From the IMG/VR virus record IMGVR_UViG_3300027732_001399, positions 16,943-80,942 of that record: 64,000 nt of DNA; one strand, written 5' to 3'. The position numbers were made by a program, and so were the translations under genes. This stretch comes from a virus (Duplodnaviria > Caudoviricetes). The notes beneath the pieces are model-generated. The model had not been told where the DNA came from and searched no databases. It saw only the letters and a list, made by a program, of their open reading frames with translations. The stretch's first letter is position 1. Each line of letters opens with the position of its first letter. Shown here piece by piece: positions 1-9,735 of the stretch.

Positions 1-805
1 CGCCTTGTCCTAACTTCATAAGTTGTTCATCCCAAAATTTATCAAACCATGCATAGTCTGAAATTACACTATGATCAAAATTTTCGACATATAACATATA
101 AGCCCCTAGTCTTGAGCCGTAGATAACCCAGTCGCCATTTTCAACATCTCGACCCACTGTCATCCATATCATCCAACGTGCAAAGTTTGCAGGGTACATT
201 TTATGTTTAAAATCTTCTGGTCTAACTTTAAAACCTTGATCCAGTCCCATTTTAACGCCTTCTCGAAAACCTGCCCTGAATGCTTGCTTAAAACTTGCAT
301 TGTTATGTACAATGCCATATGTGTTATTCATTTGTTTGTATTGTTCAGGATCCCAACAGAAATCTACGTTATGAGTATTATCGCCTTTTCTTGCGGCTTC
401 ATGGCTTTTCATATTATTAACATGTTCCGCATACCATAATTTAACGCCACCGTTGCCGTAGACTAAACCATTGACAATGTTCCTACTGCTCCAGCTCAAT
501 GTTGCATGTTTGATGTCATTGGTAATTTCAATGCTTTTTTTCCATATTTCTGCGTCTACTCTGCAATCTGCATCTACAGTAAAAAAGCGTTTGCTGCCAG
601 CTTCTTCTGCGGCTTTTTTATGTGCGGCATCAAAGCCTTTTACGCCATGCACACGTTTTACCAATTTGGGATTAGGATGATTGTCTTTTAAAAAATTAAA
701 ATTTTCATCGGCATTGGGTTCATCAAAACTAAGAAATATAACTGGTATATCTTTTAGTTTTAATATATTATTGTTTTTACTTTCTAAAGAATTTATTAAA
801 CTCAT
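1..805 (-). CDS. Glycosyltransferase-like (GT-A fold) phage protein, paralog 1; 3' end runs off the window
   Basis: Not in ORF track. Manual translation from ATG at 805: MSLINSLESKNNNILKLKDIPVIFLSFDEPNADENF...RVHGVKGFDAAHKKAA...FFTVDADC...NGLVYGNGGVKLW...AFRAGFREGVK. Clearly homologous to 11969..12940 and 777..1520; has a DxD-like VDAD motif. Confidence 0.75.
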   Translation of the reverse strand, partial: MSLINSLESKNNNILKLKDIPVIFLSFDEPNADENFNFLKDNHPNPKLVKRVHGVKGFDAAHKKAAEEAGSKRFFTVDADCRVDAEIWKKSIEITNDIKHATLSWSSRNIVNGLVYGNGGVKLWYAEHVNNMKSHEAARKGDNTHNVDFCWDPEQYKQMNNTYGIVHNNASFKQAFRAGFREGVKMGLDQGFKVRPEDFKHKMYPANFARWMIWMTVGRDVENGDWVIYGSRLGAYMLYVENFDHSVISDYAWFDKFWDEQLMKLGQG

Positions 806-1520
806 TTTTCATCCATTCGTAATCATTGATCATCTTTAAAGCTACATCATCGTCTTGATATTGTAGACCATATTTTTTACCCTGCTGAGCTCCTATTATA
901 GATTGCTCGCCAAATCTTCTTCCCACGCCCACTGTAGTCCAGACGTGTAGTCTATGTTCTGCTTCGTTGCGTAATCTAGTAATTGTTTCAACGTCCAACT
1001 TATTTACTAAATCTTTATTGGTCAAGTTGGCTGACAGTTTTGCACATTCTCTATATGCGCTTCGAAATGTGCTGAACTCGTCGTAGTTAAATGCAGTGAT
1101 ATTACTAACTTCGTCAAATACTTTAGTACTTAATCCAAACCCCGTTGTGAAATCAATGACATCTTTATCTTCGCACATCAAGGGTTGCTTAGGTAGTATT
1201 TTAACACCTCCGTGACCATAAATCAAGTCATTTATTGGATTTATACTTGACCATACACATATATAATCGCATTCTGGCTTATACCACCATGTATTATATT
1301 TGCTGGGTGTAAAAGAGAAATCAAAGTCATCGACAATAATTGCGTCACTATCGACTACATAAAAATTATTGGTGAAACTTCGACGAGCACATTCTTGATG
1401 TGCTGCCGCAAAACCTTTTACACCATTAACTCGTCTAGCATTGGGTACTAGCTCTCGGAGTCTGGCGTAGTTTTCATCTGCGTACGGTTCGTTATAACTG
1501 AGGAAAAAAACATCTAGCAT
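777..1520 (-). CDS. Glycosyltransferase-like phage protein, paralog 2
   Basis: FLSYNEPYAD, RVNGVKGFAAAH, VVDSD, YGHGGVKI and FRSAYREC motifs shared with two other ORFs in the window. Confidence 0.7.
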   Translation of the reverse strand: MLDVFFLSYNEPYADENYARLRELVPNARRVNGVKGFAAAHQECARRSFTNNFYVVDSDAIIVDDFDFSFTPSKYNTWWYKPECDYICVWSSINPINDLIYGHGGVKILPKQPLMCEDKDVIDFTTGFGLSTKVFDEVSNITAFNYDEFSTFRSAYRECAKLSANLTNKDLVNKLDVETITRLRNEAEHRLHVWTTVGVGRRFGEQSIIGAQQGKKYGLQYQDDDVALKMINDYEWMKNEFNKFFRK

Positions 1521-1528
1521 TATACTAG

Positions 1529-1536
1529 TATTTAAT
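1529..1536 (-). promoter_or_regulatory. Putative late promoter (ATTAAATA)
   Basis: TAAATA core, like the T4 late consensus TATAAATA, 8 nt upstream of the ATG at 1520. Confidence 0.45.
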
Positions 1537-1544
1537 ATTTTTAC

Positions 1545-3017
1545 TCACGTTACTACAGGAACATTGTACTTTAAATAGAAGTCTTGGGCATGTTCAATAT
1601 TGTTAACCATGGGCTGGCCTTTGATATTTAAACTGGTATTAAGTAACATCGGGCATCCGGTTAAACTATACCAATCTTCTAATAGCTTTCTAAATCCAGG
1701 ACTGTCATTTTTACTCACAGTTTGCACACGGCTTGTTCCATCTTTGTGTATAATAGCAGGGAACTCTTCTGGCTTGGTGCATTTGGCAACGAATTGCATG
1801 AATGGGCTGGCTGTTATATTTGCGGGCATGTCAAAGTATTCGTGTACATGTTCTTCTAAGATTGCTGGTGCGAATGGTCTGAATTGCTGTCTTCGCTTGA
1901 TTGCGTTGACTGTGTCTTTGATTTCGGAGCCTCTAGGATCCGCCAGTAGGCTTCGGTGCCCAAGAGCACGTGGTCCGAACTCAGCCTTGCCGCTAGCCAC
2001 CCCCACAATTTTATCTCTTGTAAGTATACTAATAGTTTCATCAACTGGATATTCCTTTCCCATGTTTGTGCCAAGATATGCTCCTGGCCACGTAACCTGT
2101 TCGCCAAAAAAGGCAGCAACTGAGCCAACACTACTGCCAGCATCCCCAGGGTTTGGCATGATCCATACACGGTCCCAATCGCCGGTGATTTCACTGTTGG
2201 CCACACAATTAAGAGCACAGCCACCCATTAGTACAATGTTCTTACTGGGGAGATTTGCTCTTGCCCATGAACTAATACCTTGTAATATTTCAGTATACAC
2301 TTGTTGAGTTGCGGCAGCAATATCAAATGTATCTTGTTCTTTCAATAAATCTAGTCTCCAGTCAGGACAACCACGATGCAGGTTACGTTTAAATTTGACT
2401 TCGGGTCCGTTTATAACAGCAAAGAAATCATTGTATATGTCTGCTTTATATTTGTTGGCGTCACCATAAGCAGCCATGCCCATGAGAATATATTCTTCTT
2501 CGTTGGGCTTTAATCCAATGCGCTGTGTCATAGCACTGAACCATAGTCCCAGACTATCTGGATATCCCTGTGCATATACTTTCTTTAATTCATTGCCAGT
2601 GCCTTGCCAAACTGTGAGTGTTTCGAACTCACCTATACTGTCAATTACTACCACAGTGGCATCTGCTAGTCCACTAGTATAATAACCAGCGGCAGCATGG
2701 CTCTTATGATGTTCACCTATTACCAAAGGTTGGTTTAAGTTGTATTTTGCTAGATATGATTTTACGTCATTTTCCACTGTACGGTTGCCCTGGCCAGCTT
2801 GGAATTGTCGGGCTGTTTTTAACACAGGATTTTCATACCAAACAATTAAATCTGGCTTACCGTATTGTTCGGCATCTAATATAATACCCGAACAAAGATC
2901 TCCGTCATTCTTAATGCCAGAATATCTTTCACTGTGTGCCGCAAATTGTAATTGTTTATCATGCCAAACACTGACTGCGGCGTCATGACTGTTGGCACTA
3001 ATTCCCCAAATGTTCAT
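1545..3017 (-). CDS. Carbamoyltransferase (NodU/CmcH/TobZ family)
   Basis: SHDAA, HHKSHAA, GGCALN, PGDAG, EFGPRALGHRS, RPFAP, HKDGTSRVQTV and LNTSLN motifs typical of the family. Confidence 0.93.
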   Translation of the reverse strand: MNIWGISANSHDAAVSVWHDKQLQFAAHSERYSGIKNDGDLCSGIILDAEQYGKPDLIVWYENPVLKTARQFQAGQGNRTVENDVKSYLAKYNLNQPLVIGEHHKSHAAAGYYTSGLADATVVVIDSIGEFETLTVWQGTGNELKKVYAQGYPDSLGLWFSAMTQRIGLKPNEEEYILMGMAAYGDANKYKADIYNDFFAVINGPEVKFKRNLHRGCPDWRLDLLKEQDTFDIAAATQQVYTEILQGISSWARANLPSKNIVLMGGCALNCVANSEITGDWDRVWIMPNPGDAGSSVGSVAAFFGEQVTWPGAYLGTNMGKEYPVDETISILTRDKIVGVASGKAEFGPRALGHRSLLADPRGSEIKDTVNAIKRRQQFRPFAPAILEEHVHEYFDMPANITASPFMQFVAKCTKPEEFPAIIHKDGTSRVQTVSKNDSPGFRKLLEDWYSLTGCPMLLNTSLNIKGQPMVNNIEHAQDFYLKYNVPVVT

Positions 3018-4081
3018 CGGTATATAAATGGATCTCGTCGACGTAGTTCTTCTAAACGTTTCTTGAGTTTGATTTGAAATTGTACTTCGGGATTCTCGTG
3101 ATCAAATGTTTTATAACGATCCAGCAATGATGTAATTGTTTTTTCTAATTCTGAATTAAACTTTTTAGCATCTATGGCTGCGATGATATCTCTGTATTCA
3201 TCACTGTTAAAACAATAATGTCCACCAACACTGACTGCAATGTCCAAATCAGTGACTCCGGATGCAACCCATCGTTGCCAATAATTTTTACTGTATACGT
3301 AGTCTGCAAATCTAGACCATAGTTCCTTGGGTGCAAACTTTTTTAACAGGTCTGTTTGTACTTTGCCTAACTGCGGCGCAATATTTAAACTATCAACATC
3401 GGCATCTATTCTTTTTTGTATATCATCAGCAGTAAAGTAGTCGGCATTATGTTCTTTGAATAAAAAGCCTGCGGCACGTATTTGTTCGCCGATTACTCGA
3501 TTACGTGCAACATCAAATGTGCCAGCTTGCCCGTCTTTGGTTAGACTGCCGGTTTGTGTTACAAAGAATTTAACGTTGTTTTTGTAGGGATTTAGAAATT
3601 CCAGTTGTAGATCTATTCTAGCTAGACTGCTATCAACATCTATACCCGTGTTATCCTCACTGCCAAATTCCAGCATAATATCAGGATTCAAGTTTAATGC
3701 ATACTCAATTAAACTTTTTGCATGATGTAGTTGATTATCTTTGATACGGCTAACATCAATGTGTATTAAATCAAATCCTGCGGCGATATCAGCCGATATA
3801 GTTTTCATACAACGATCCATGGCGTCTTCAATTGTTAGCCCGCGATCTAAATCGCTGAAGTAAGGGCCGCAATGATCTCTGCATAATAATAAATTTGAAT
3901 TTCTGTATTGCTTAACTTGTTCAACTAATTCAGCAGTAGTACAAACATATCCTGTAACATAATCAACTTGATTGCGGCTGGCAATAATCATCAATGGATA
4001 ATTATTATCTCTTGTATGTTTAGCAAGGATTGATATAATTTCCTTACTCATTGGGCCGAAACCTAATTTAAATTGTTTCAT
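3014..4081 (-). CDS. Tagatose-bisphosphate aldolase/epimerase-like (GatZ/KbaZ-like) TIM-barrel protein with an extra C-terminal tail
   Basis: IASRNQVD..GY, CRDHCGP, GFDLIHID and KEHNADY motifs resemble GatZ/KbaZ-type proteins. Confidence 0.65.
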   Translation of the reverse strand: MKQFKLGFGPMSKEIISILAKHTRDNNYPLMIIASRNQVDYVTGYVCTTAELVEQVKQYRNSNLLLCRDHCGPYFSDLDRGLTIEDAMDRCMKTISADIAAGFDLIHIDVSRIKDNQLHHAKSLIEYALNLNPDIMLEFGSEDNTGIDVDSSLARIDLQLEFLNPYKNNVKFFVTQTGSLTKDGQAGTFDVARNRVIGEQIRAAGFLFKEHNADYFTADDIQKRIDADVDSLNIAPQLGKVQTDLLKKFAPKELWSRFADYVYSKNYWQRWVASGVTDLDIAVSVGGHYCFNSDEYRDIIAAIDAKKFNSELEKTITSLLDRYKTFDHENPEVQFQIKLKKRLEELRRRDPFIYR

Positions 4082-4808
4082 ATTGTCTGCTTTCGATTTC
4101 GTTGTATAGTTCTTCGCTGGATTTTATTCCAGTGTAAATCTCAAATTGTTTTAAGAATTGACTGCGATAAAACTCACGCCCAGATACGTATTTAATATTG
4201 TAATTCTGACATTGTTGTTTAAACTCGTTGTTCTTGATGGCCAAGTCGATTACCAGTCTTGTGTCAGGAGGTATTTGTCCCAGCATATATGGACTTTCAT
4301 CACTGATTGTTCCCAAGGCTGTGCAGTTAATTATGATGTTTGCCGTCTTATATCGTTCATTCCATGTGCTTAAATTTCTGGCACAAACATTTAAGTTTCC
4401 GTAATATTCTTCTTCTAGGTATTTAATGAACATACTGCCTATGGCACCTGCACCCAAAATAGTTATTTTATCTGTTTTATTGATGTACTTGCAAACGTGT
4501 TCAACACCAGCCAGGTCGGCATTATAACCATGCGTTACACCTTTGTCTATTTTAATCGTATTACAACTATTATACAAGTCAACGTATGGATGCCGGTTGT
4601 TCAATAATGGCATTACTACTCGTTTGAATGGCATACTGATACTAATGCCACTAACGCCTTCTTCAATTGCATCTTTAATACTTTGTTCAACATTATCGCA
4701 GGCCAGCGGAGTATATGTTGCATCGATATTGTAATGCTTAAAGAATTCTGTGTAAAAATATTCTCCAGTCTTGCCTGGATATTGACTTAGGCTTATAAAT
4801 TTTTTCAT
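4068..4808 (-). CDS. Shikimate dehydrogenase-like (AroE family) oxidoreductase
   Basis: GISISMPFK, SCNTI, GYNADLAG, ILGAGAIG (Rossmann) and IINCTALG motifs. Confidence 0.85.
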   Translation of the reverse strand: MKKFISLSQYPGKTGEYFYTEFFKHYNIDATYTPLACDNVEQSIKDAIEEGVSGISISMPFKRVVMPLLNNRHPYVDLYNSCNTIKIDKGVTHGYNADLAGVEHVCKYINKTDKITILGAGAIGSMFIKYLEEEYYGNLNVCARNLSTWNERYKTANIIINCTALGTISDESPYMLGQIPPDTRLVIDLAIKNNEFKQQCQNYNIKYVSGREFYRSQFLKQFEIYTGIKSSEELYNEIESRQYETI

Positions 4809-5143
4809 CGTTTGTATGCTCTTATCTGTTTTATTTTATTATCTTGATCAAACTCGATAACGTCAACTACTTGTGCTACTATTGCATTGTTAATTATAAC
4901 TTTTATTTCTGCTATAACTGTGTCTAATCCCACGGCAATTTTATCAACATCAATTCTAATATCGTTGACTGAATTAAAGAAGTTTTGACTAAATTTTAAA
5001 ATATTATCTTTACCAACTACTTGAACTTCCCAGTCCGTTAATACAATACTGTCACTGAACAATACTTCCAGTGATGCGACGTCTTTCTTACAGAAACTTT
5101 GAAAGTACATTAATGCTATTTGGCTTTGTGTTGGATTACTCAT
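4805..5143 (-). CDS. SnoaL-like / NTF2-fold protein
   Basis: 112 aa with pattern YFQSFCKKDVASLEVLFSDSIVLTDW...VVDVIEFDQDNKIKQIRAY. Confidence 0.75.
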   Translation of the reverse strand: MSNPTQSQIALMYFQSFCKKDVASLEVLFSDSIVLTDWEVQVVGKDNILKFSQNFFNSVNDIRIDVDKIAVGLDTVIAEIKVIINNAIVAQVVDVIEFDQDNKIKQIRAYKR

Positions 5144-6668
5144 TGTCTAACTCCTCAAATAGTTTAATGCCCAAGTACCATAAGAATATATCAAATGGTG
5201 CAGTATGCAAAGGACTCATGTTCCAAAAGATAATTGGTATTAATTGTTGCACTTTTTTATAATCTAACTTATTATTTAATATATATTTCTTTAGACGTTC
5301 CTGATAGACTGTAATATGTTCTACACTAGGAATGCTCAGCGTTACGCTGTCGTTGTCAATTTCAATATTAAAGTTATGATTCTTAATGTTAGCGTAGTTA
5401 ATAATTAATCCGCCGGCCATCTTGGCCAAGTCGTAGTATATATCACCGTATTCAACAATGCCTGCAAACTCGTGTCGCCAGTCTATGATCTTAAACTCTC
5501 CGCTGTCACTAATCACAATATTGTCAAACTGTAAATCGCCATGAAGGAATCCCGGGCGTGTAACTTGTGCAAAATATTCCCAGTCTATTTTGTTGAGATA
5601 ATAACTGTAGTCTTTGACTTCTACACCGTCAACGTTAGTCACCGGCTTTAGATTAGGGTACTTTTCTAAAAACTTATTAATACGCGACAGTGATTTTGTT
5701 TTATAGAATTCAATGCTGGCATCGTGTATATCAGCATCTATGTCTTGCCACACATTTGTTTCCAGCCAATTAAGTAATTCATTGAATGCCACAGGATTAT
5801 TAAACTCATAAAGAGTCTTGCCCGGAAAGAAATCGTAGGCCATATAATTACCGCTGTGTGTACAATTAGCGGGGAATACATAGGGGTTGGCCAATACTTT
5901 ATCGTATTTCTTTTTTGCTATGCTGTCATCTAGCCACCATTTAACTACACGGTTGTTACATATGTAAGTTACTTCGTCCTTCTTAGTAAAGTCAAACTTT
6001 TGACTCTTGCCGAGTTCAGTTTGATATATAGTAGGACTGCCAAAGTCTAACCACGTATTTAAATTAGCAGTATCGCTGCCTAGTTTAATAATACCAATAA
6101 ACTCATTGCTATGACTTTGTTCCAAGTCTGCGAAGAATGTTGTATAGTCATTGATATACATCAGCCCTGTAAATGCAGACCAAGTTGCGGGAGTAGTTTC
6201 TTTAAACTTGATATCTTGTATATGAAAACTATTATTTTTGTCAAACATTGTATAAAGATGCGTGTCTTGTTCAGGCACTGACTTAACAAAATAACAATCT
6301 TTATTTCTAACTAGATCCACAACTGTTTGATCAAAGTAAGTGTCACAGGGCACATACCAAAATGGGCTGTGAATCGAATTTTTACATTGTAGCAGTGTGT
6401 ATCCGGTTCCTGACTTGGTGCCGGTCCAGTCGTCGATGTGCAAAAACTCAATGTTTCTGTCACTGTATGCTACACTACAAAAATCTATAATTTGTTCTTT
6501 TAGATGTCCAACGGGAATAATAAATTTACTGTCTTTTGAAAAACTATCAATAATATGTGCCAACACTGGTTTATCTTTGTAAGGCAACAATGCCTTGTTA
6601 AGATTCTTGGTATAGTTGCCCATTCTACTGCCGGTGCCAGCAGTAGGAATAATAACAGTATTAGTCAT
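5136..6668 (-). CDS. Bifunctional nucleotidyltransferase (N-terminal) plus APH/choline-kinase-like phosphotransferase (C-terminal)
   Basis: IIPTAGTGSRM...NKALL (NTP transferase) and WLDFGS; HGDLQFDNI...IIDWR...GDIYYDLAK (kinase). Start placed at MTNTV (6668), overlapping the upstream stop. Confidence 0.85.
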   Translation of the reverse strand: MTNTVIIPTAGTGSRMGNYTKNLNKALLPYKDKPVLAHIIDSFSKDSKFIIPVGHLKEQIIDFCSVAYSDRNIEFLHIDDWTGTKSGTGYTLLQCKNSIHSPFWYVPCDTYFDQTVVDLVRNKDCYFVKSVPEQDTHLYTMFDKNNSFHIQDIKFKETTPATWSAFTGLMYINDYTTFFADLEQSHSNEFIGIIKLGSDTANLNTWLDFGSPTIYQTELGKSQKFDFTKKDEVTYICNNRVVKWWLDDSIAKKKYDKVLANPYVFPANCTHSGNYMAYDFFPGKTLYEFNNPVAFNELLNWLETNVWQDIDADIHDASIEFYKTKSLSRINKFLEKYPNLKPVTNVDGVEVKDYSYYLNKIDWEYFAQVTRPGFLHGDLQFDNIVISDSGEFKIIDWRHEFAGIVEYGDIYYDLAKMAGGLIINYANIKNHNFNIEIDNDSVTLSIPSVEHITVYQERLKKYILNNKLDYKKVQQLIPIIFWNMSPLHTAPFDIFLWYLGIKLFEELDNE

Positions 6669-7104
6669 GCTCGTAGCTAATTCTTCCATGCGTTCTTCCA
6701 GCATCATCTTGTAAACGTATAACATCGTCTAATTCTGTTGTACTAGTTTCCATGAACTCTAGGTCAGTTGTTGCTATTACTCTATGAACATATCCCGGTG
6801 TAACATTGAATACAACGCCTGGTTTAAGTTCTATCCGTTCAAAAGTATATTCATAAGCTTCTGCCTGCTTATTGGTCATGCCTTGTTCTAAAAACTTGGC
6901 AATGTCTAGCGGTTCTCGACTGCGATGTAACATACCTGTGCCACTGAGAACATAGTTAGTTTCTATCTTGTATTCGTGTACTTGTAAGCTGGTTCTATTA
7001 CCCGCTTTGAATAAAATACGTTTACTGGCATAAGGAGTTTGACTACCATCTGCAATCCAAAGCTCGTAGCCCCAGTGTTTAGTTACTTTTTTAATTTCCA
7101 TCAT
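6661..7104 (-). CDS. Cupin-domain protein (mannose-6-phosphate isomerase type II C-terminal-like)
   Basis: KHWGYELW, SLQVHEYKIETNYVLSG, PGYVHRV and DDVIRLQDD motifs. Confidence 0.8.
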   Translation of the reverse strand: MMEIKKVTKHWGYELWIADGSQTPYASKRILFKAGNRTSLQVHEYKIETNYVLSGTGMLHRSREPLDIAKFLEQGMTNKQAEAYEYTFERIELKPGVVFNVTPGYVHRVIATTDLEFMETSTTELDDVIRLQDDAGRTHGRISYEHD

Positions 7105-7897
7105 GCCATCCATTTTCTTTTAATTTATTTAATATAATATTATATGCTTGTTTATGTCCTTCTGGACTTGAATGCATACTTTTAATTTCGTCGGGATAAT
7201 CTACACTTAACTTGCCCCAAGATAATTCAACTAAATTCTCTTCATCCATGAATTTAGCATACTCTTTCGGTTCATGTGTAAGAATTAAATGTTTAATATT
7301 GTGTTTATTTAACAATTGATGTGCCATGGTCATTACACCAATACTTTGTAATCGATTTATTCTACTGTCATGTATAGTAGTGGCAAAGTCGTACAATGTT
7401 TTCATTCTTTCTTTTGGCTCATTGATAAACCTGGCATAGTAACCGCTTTCTTTATCATGTTTTCTAAATGTTTCCCAAAAGTCGATTACGCCCATGAAGT
7501 TTTCTGTAAACATTCTTCCTTTATAGCTATTATCATCGGACATGGGATGATTTTCTAATAGCTGATGATATGTACAATCTCCATAGGGAGGATATTGATG
7601 GTAGTTGACATCCGTGTTTGTTATCTGTCCTTTGATGTCATCATCCCATGGAAACCAATCTACTCTGTCATAGCTGGTATGACTTACAATTACAATATCA
7701 TCGGGACCAGCAACGTTATTGACTGCATATTCAGCTTGTAAGTAAATGCTTAAATTTGTACTAGACCCTTTGGCTAGATTTACTAATTTTCTATTCAGTG
7801 TGTTTGATAACAATGTACCATATGGTTCTGTATGTAGATCTATACAGCCTATGCCTATGTTAAAACTATCGCCACAGATTATTAATTTACTATTCAT
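7091..7897 (-). CDS. SGNH/GDSL-like hydrolase or acyltransferase
   Basis: ICGDSF (block I), NLAKGSSTN (block II), C-terminal HSSPEGH. Start placed at MNSKL (7897). Confidence 0.7.
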   Translation of the reverse strand: MNSKLIICGDSFNIGIGCIDLHTEPYGTLLSNTLNRKLVNLAKGSSTNLSIYLQAEYAVNNVAGPDDIVIVSHTSYDRVDWFPWDDDIKGQITNTDVNYHQYPPYGDCTYHQLLENHPMSDDNSYKGRMFTENFMGVIDFWETFRKHDKESGYYARFINEPKERMKTLYDFATTIHDSRINRLQSIGVMTMAHQLLNKHNIKHLILTHEPKEYAKFMDEENLVELSWGKLSVDYPDEIKSMHSSPEGHKQAYNIILNKLKENGWHDGN

Positions 7898-7901
7898 ATT
7901 A

Positions 7902-8819
7902 TTAATATAAATTATGTTGCTTGATATATCTAAATAATTCTCTGGCCCAGGCTTTGTGACCACGGGGGCTTGGATGCCAACCAACTAAAGGCGGAATTAC
8001 TTTATTTTTTGGAGTCTCTATATAACTCTTAAATGTATTATTAGGTTTATCTTTTTTATAGAATCTAACAGGATCTATGCTTGCCCATAGTGCAGAATAA
8101 TCATTGATATGTTTAATACGTTTTAACGGATTAGTGGATATTTGATATTCGTGTCCGCCTATTCTTCCTTTAATTTTTTCTATTTCGTCAATGATATTTA
8201 AATCATTCCATTGTCCCGGAGACTCATTTGGGGTTTGATAAAAGCTGTTAAAACACATCCACTTAATATTATGGGCCGTACAAAAATTTTGTAATTGTAA
8301 AACATTTAATACATATCGAGGAATATACTCTTGGGCATTCCATAAGTATGCTACATACAATTCCCAAAATTTTTCTTGTTCCTTAGACTCAAAATGTGGA
8401 ACCTGCGGCCAAAGTCTAAATGGATGACTTAGTTTTATATTGTCGTCTATATACCAAAAACTATTTCGTTCTGGACTACTCCAGCCAATTATAACAAATA
8501 AATTATCAGTGGAAATATTATTTGCTAGATACTTTTGAGAGATGTAATTTATAGTTCTGCGTAAAATAGTTCCATTGTCATCTGCTGGCCAGCTAAGATT
8601 AGTCACTGGTACGTTTAGTAAATTTGATAGATGCGTTGGAAAAATTTTAGGAATACGATACGGATCATTTTCTGGTAAAAAATCATATGCACCAGGATGA
8701 GTTGTAGAATTATATTTTTTGGCAATTTCCGGATCTGCAATTTCACAGCCAAACACCCAGCTGTCACCATCACATATTACTTCTGATGGTGCAACTGTAC
8801 TTTCAAATTTATCAATCAT
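7902..8819 (-). CDS. SGNH/GDSL-like hydrolase or acyltransferase
   Basis: DGDSWVFG, NLSWPADDN, IIGWSSPER and HPSPRGHKAWA motifs. Start placed at MIDKF (8819). Confidence 0.7.
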   Translation of the reverse strand: MIDKFESTVAPSEVICDGDSWVFGCEIADPEIAKKYNSTTHPGAYDFLPENDPYRIPKIFPTHLSNLLNVPVTNLSWPADDNGTILRRTINYISQKYLANNISTDNLFVIIGWSSPERNSFWYIDDNIKLSHPFRLWPQVPHFESKEQEKFWELYVAYLWNAQEYIPRYVLNVLQLQNFCTAHNIKWMCFNSFYQTPNESPGQWNDLNIIDEIEKIKGRIGGHEYQISTNPLKRIKHINDYSALWASIDPVRFYKKDKPNNTFKSYIETPKNKVIPPLVGWHPSPRGHKAWARELFRYIKQHNLY

Positions 8820-8823
8820 TCTT

Positions 8824-9735
8824 TTAGATGTACCACTCAAACCATTTTCTCCTAATTTCTTCATAGTTATAAATTGAATTCAATTTTGCTTCCACTGCGG
8901 TGCTTCGCATCACTGCATATTCAAATGGATTTACGCAGTTTGGATGTATGGATAATTCTGTCATGTAATTATATAATAAACAACCGGGTCCTAGCCATAA
9001 TACTTTATCCAAGTTTAAACCACATTGATTCTTAAATTGATATTCCATGGGGCGGGAGATTTTATGAAAAGAATATAGATCTCCTATTAAATCCATGGTA
9101 GGACTATCACCATAAAATAACACATCATCAAAATTATTAGAATTAAATTCTGAGGCAAATTTGCTTACGGGTGTAGCTGTATAACAAACGCCTGGCCAAA
9201 CTCGTTGTAAAGGAAATCGATGACTAGGGTTGTAAATGACATCCAATCTTGCCTTAATAACTAAGTCATATTGAAAACTTTGTTTCAATTCATAGTCTCT
9301 TTTAAGCATTAAACTTCTTGCAAAGCTATAGAACATTGGATCCCATGCACGTTTGAATTTTTCTTTATCAAATTCTTGTTGTATAAAACCCTTGGGCTTA
9401 TATGTTTCTATAATGGCATCTCGATCATTGTGAATCACATCAGTATAAACAGTGATATCAGTTTTGGGCAGGCGCCATGTATTGGTATCCCATGTATGAA
9501 TAAAATAATCAGTTTCTACCTCCAAACCATTTTCTGGATGCGGATATTCGTGTTCAAAGAAACGTTTAATGTTGGCAACACTTTCCTGCCAATAACGTGC
9601 TTGGCCACTGAAGCAAACTGCAATTCTAAATTTTCTTTTAGGTACCGCAGACAGCGGCTCTGGTATTTCAACCTGAATAGGCGCACCCAGCAAATTGCCA
9701 GTAAGTGAGTCTATTTCAACATTAAATAAGCTCAT
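8824..9735 (-). CDS. Putative glycosyltransferase-like protein (CxSGQxR family), paralog 1
   Basis: IAVCFSGQAR, DYFIHTWD, MFYS, YDLVIKARLD and DDVLFYGD motifs; homologous to the next ORF. Confidence 0.55.
   Translation of the reverse strand: MSLFNVEIDSLTGNLLGAPIQVEIPEPLSAVPKRKFRIAVCFSGQARYWQESVANIKRFFEHEYPHPENGLEVETDYFIHTWDTNTWRLPKTDITVYTDVIHNDRDAIIETYKPKGFIQQEFDKEKFKRAWDPMFYSFARSLMLKRDYELKQSFQYDLVIKARLDVIYNPSHRFPLQRVWPGVCYTATPVSKFASEFNSNNFDDVLFYGDSPTMDLIGDLYSFHKISRPMEYQFKNQCGLNLDKVLWLGPGCLLYNYMTELSIHPNCVNPFEYAVMRSTAVEAKLNSIYNYEEIRRKWFEWYI

Noticed and set aside
203-691. Three short plus-strand ORFs
   Set aside because: Antisense to the real minus-strand GT-like gene 1..805.
1600-2307. 235-aa plus-strand ORF
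   Set aside because: Antisense shadow of the well-supported carbamoyltransferase; no motifs.
4068-4808. Auxiliary shikimate pathway for aromatic amino acid synthesis
   Set aside because: No other aro genes in the window; the context is sugar-nucleotide modification.
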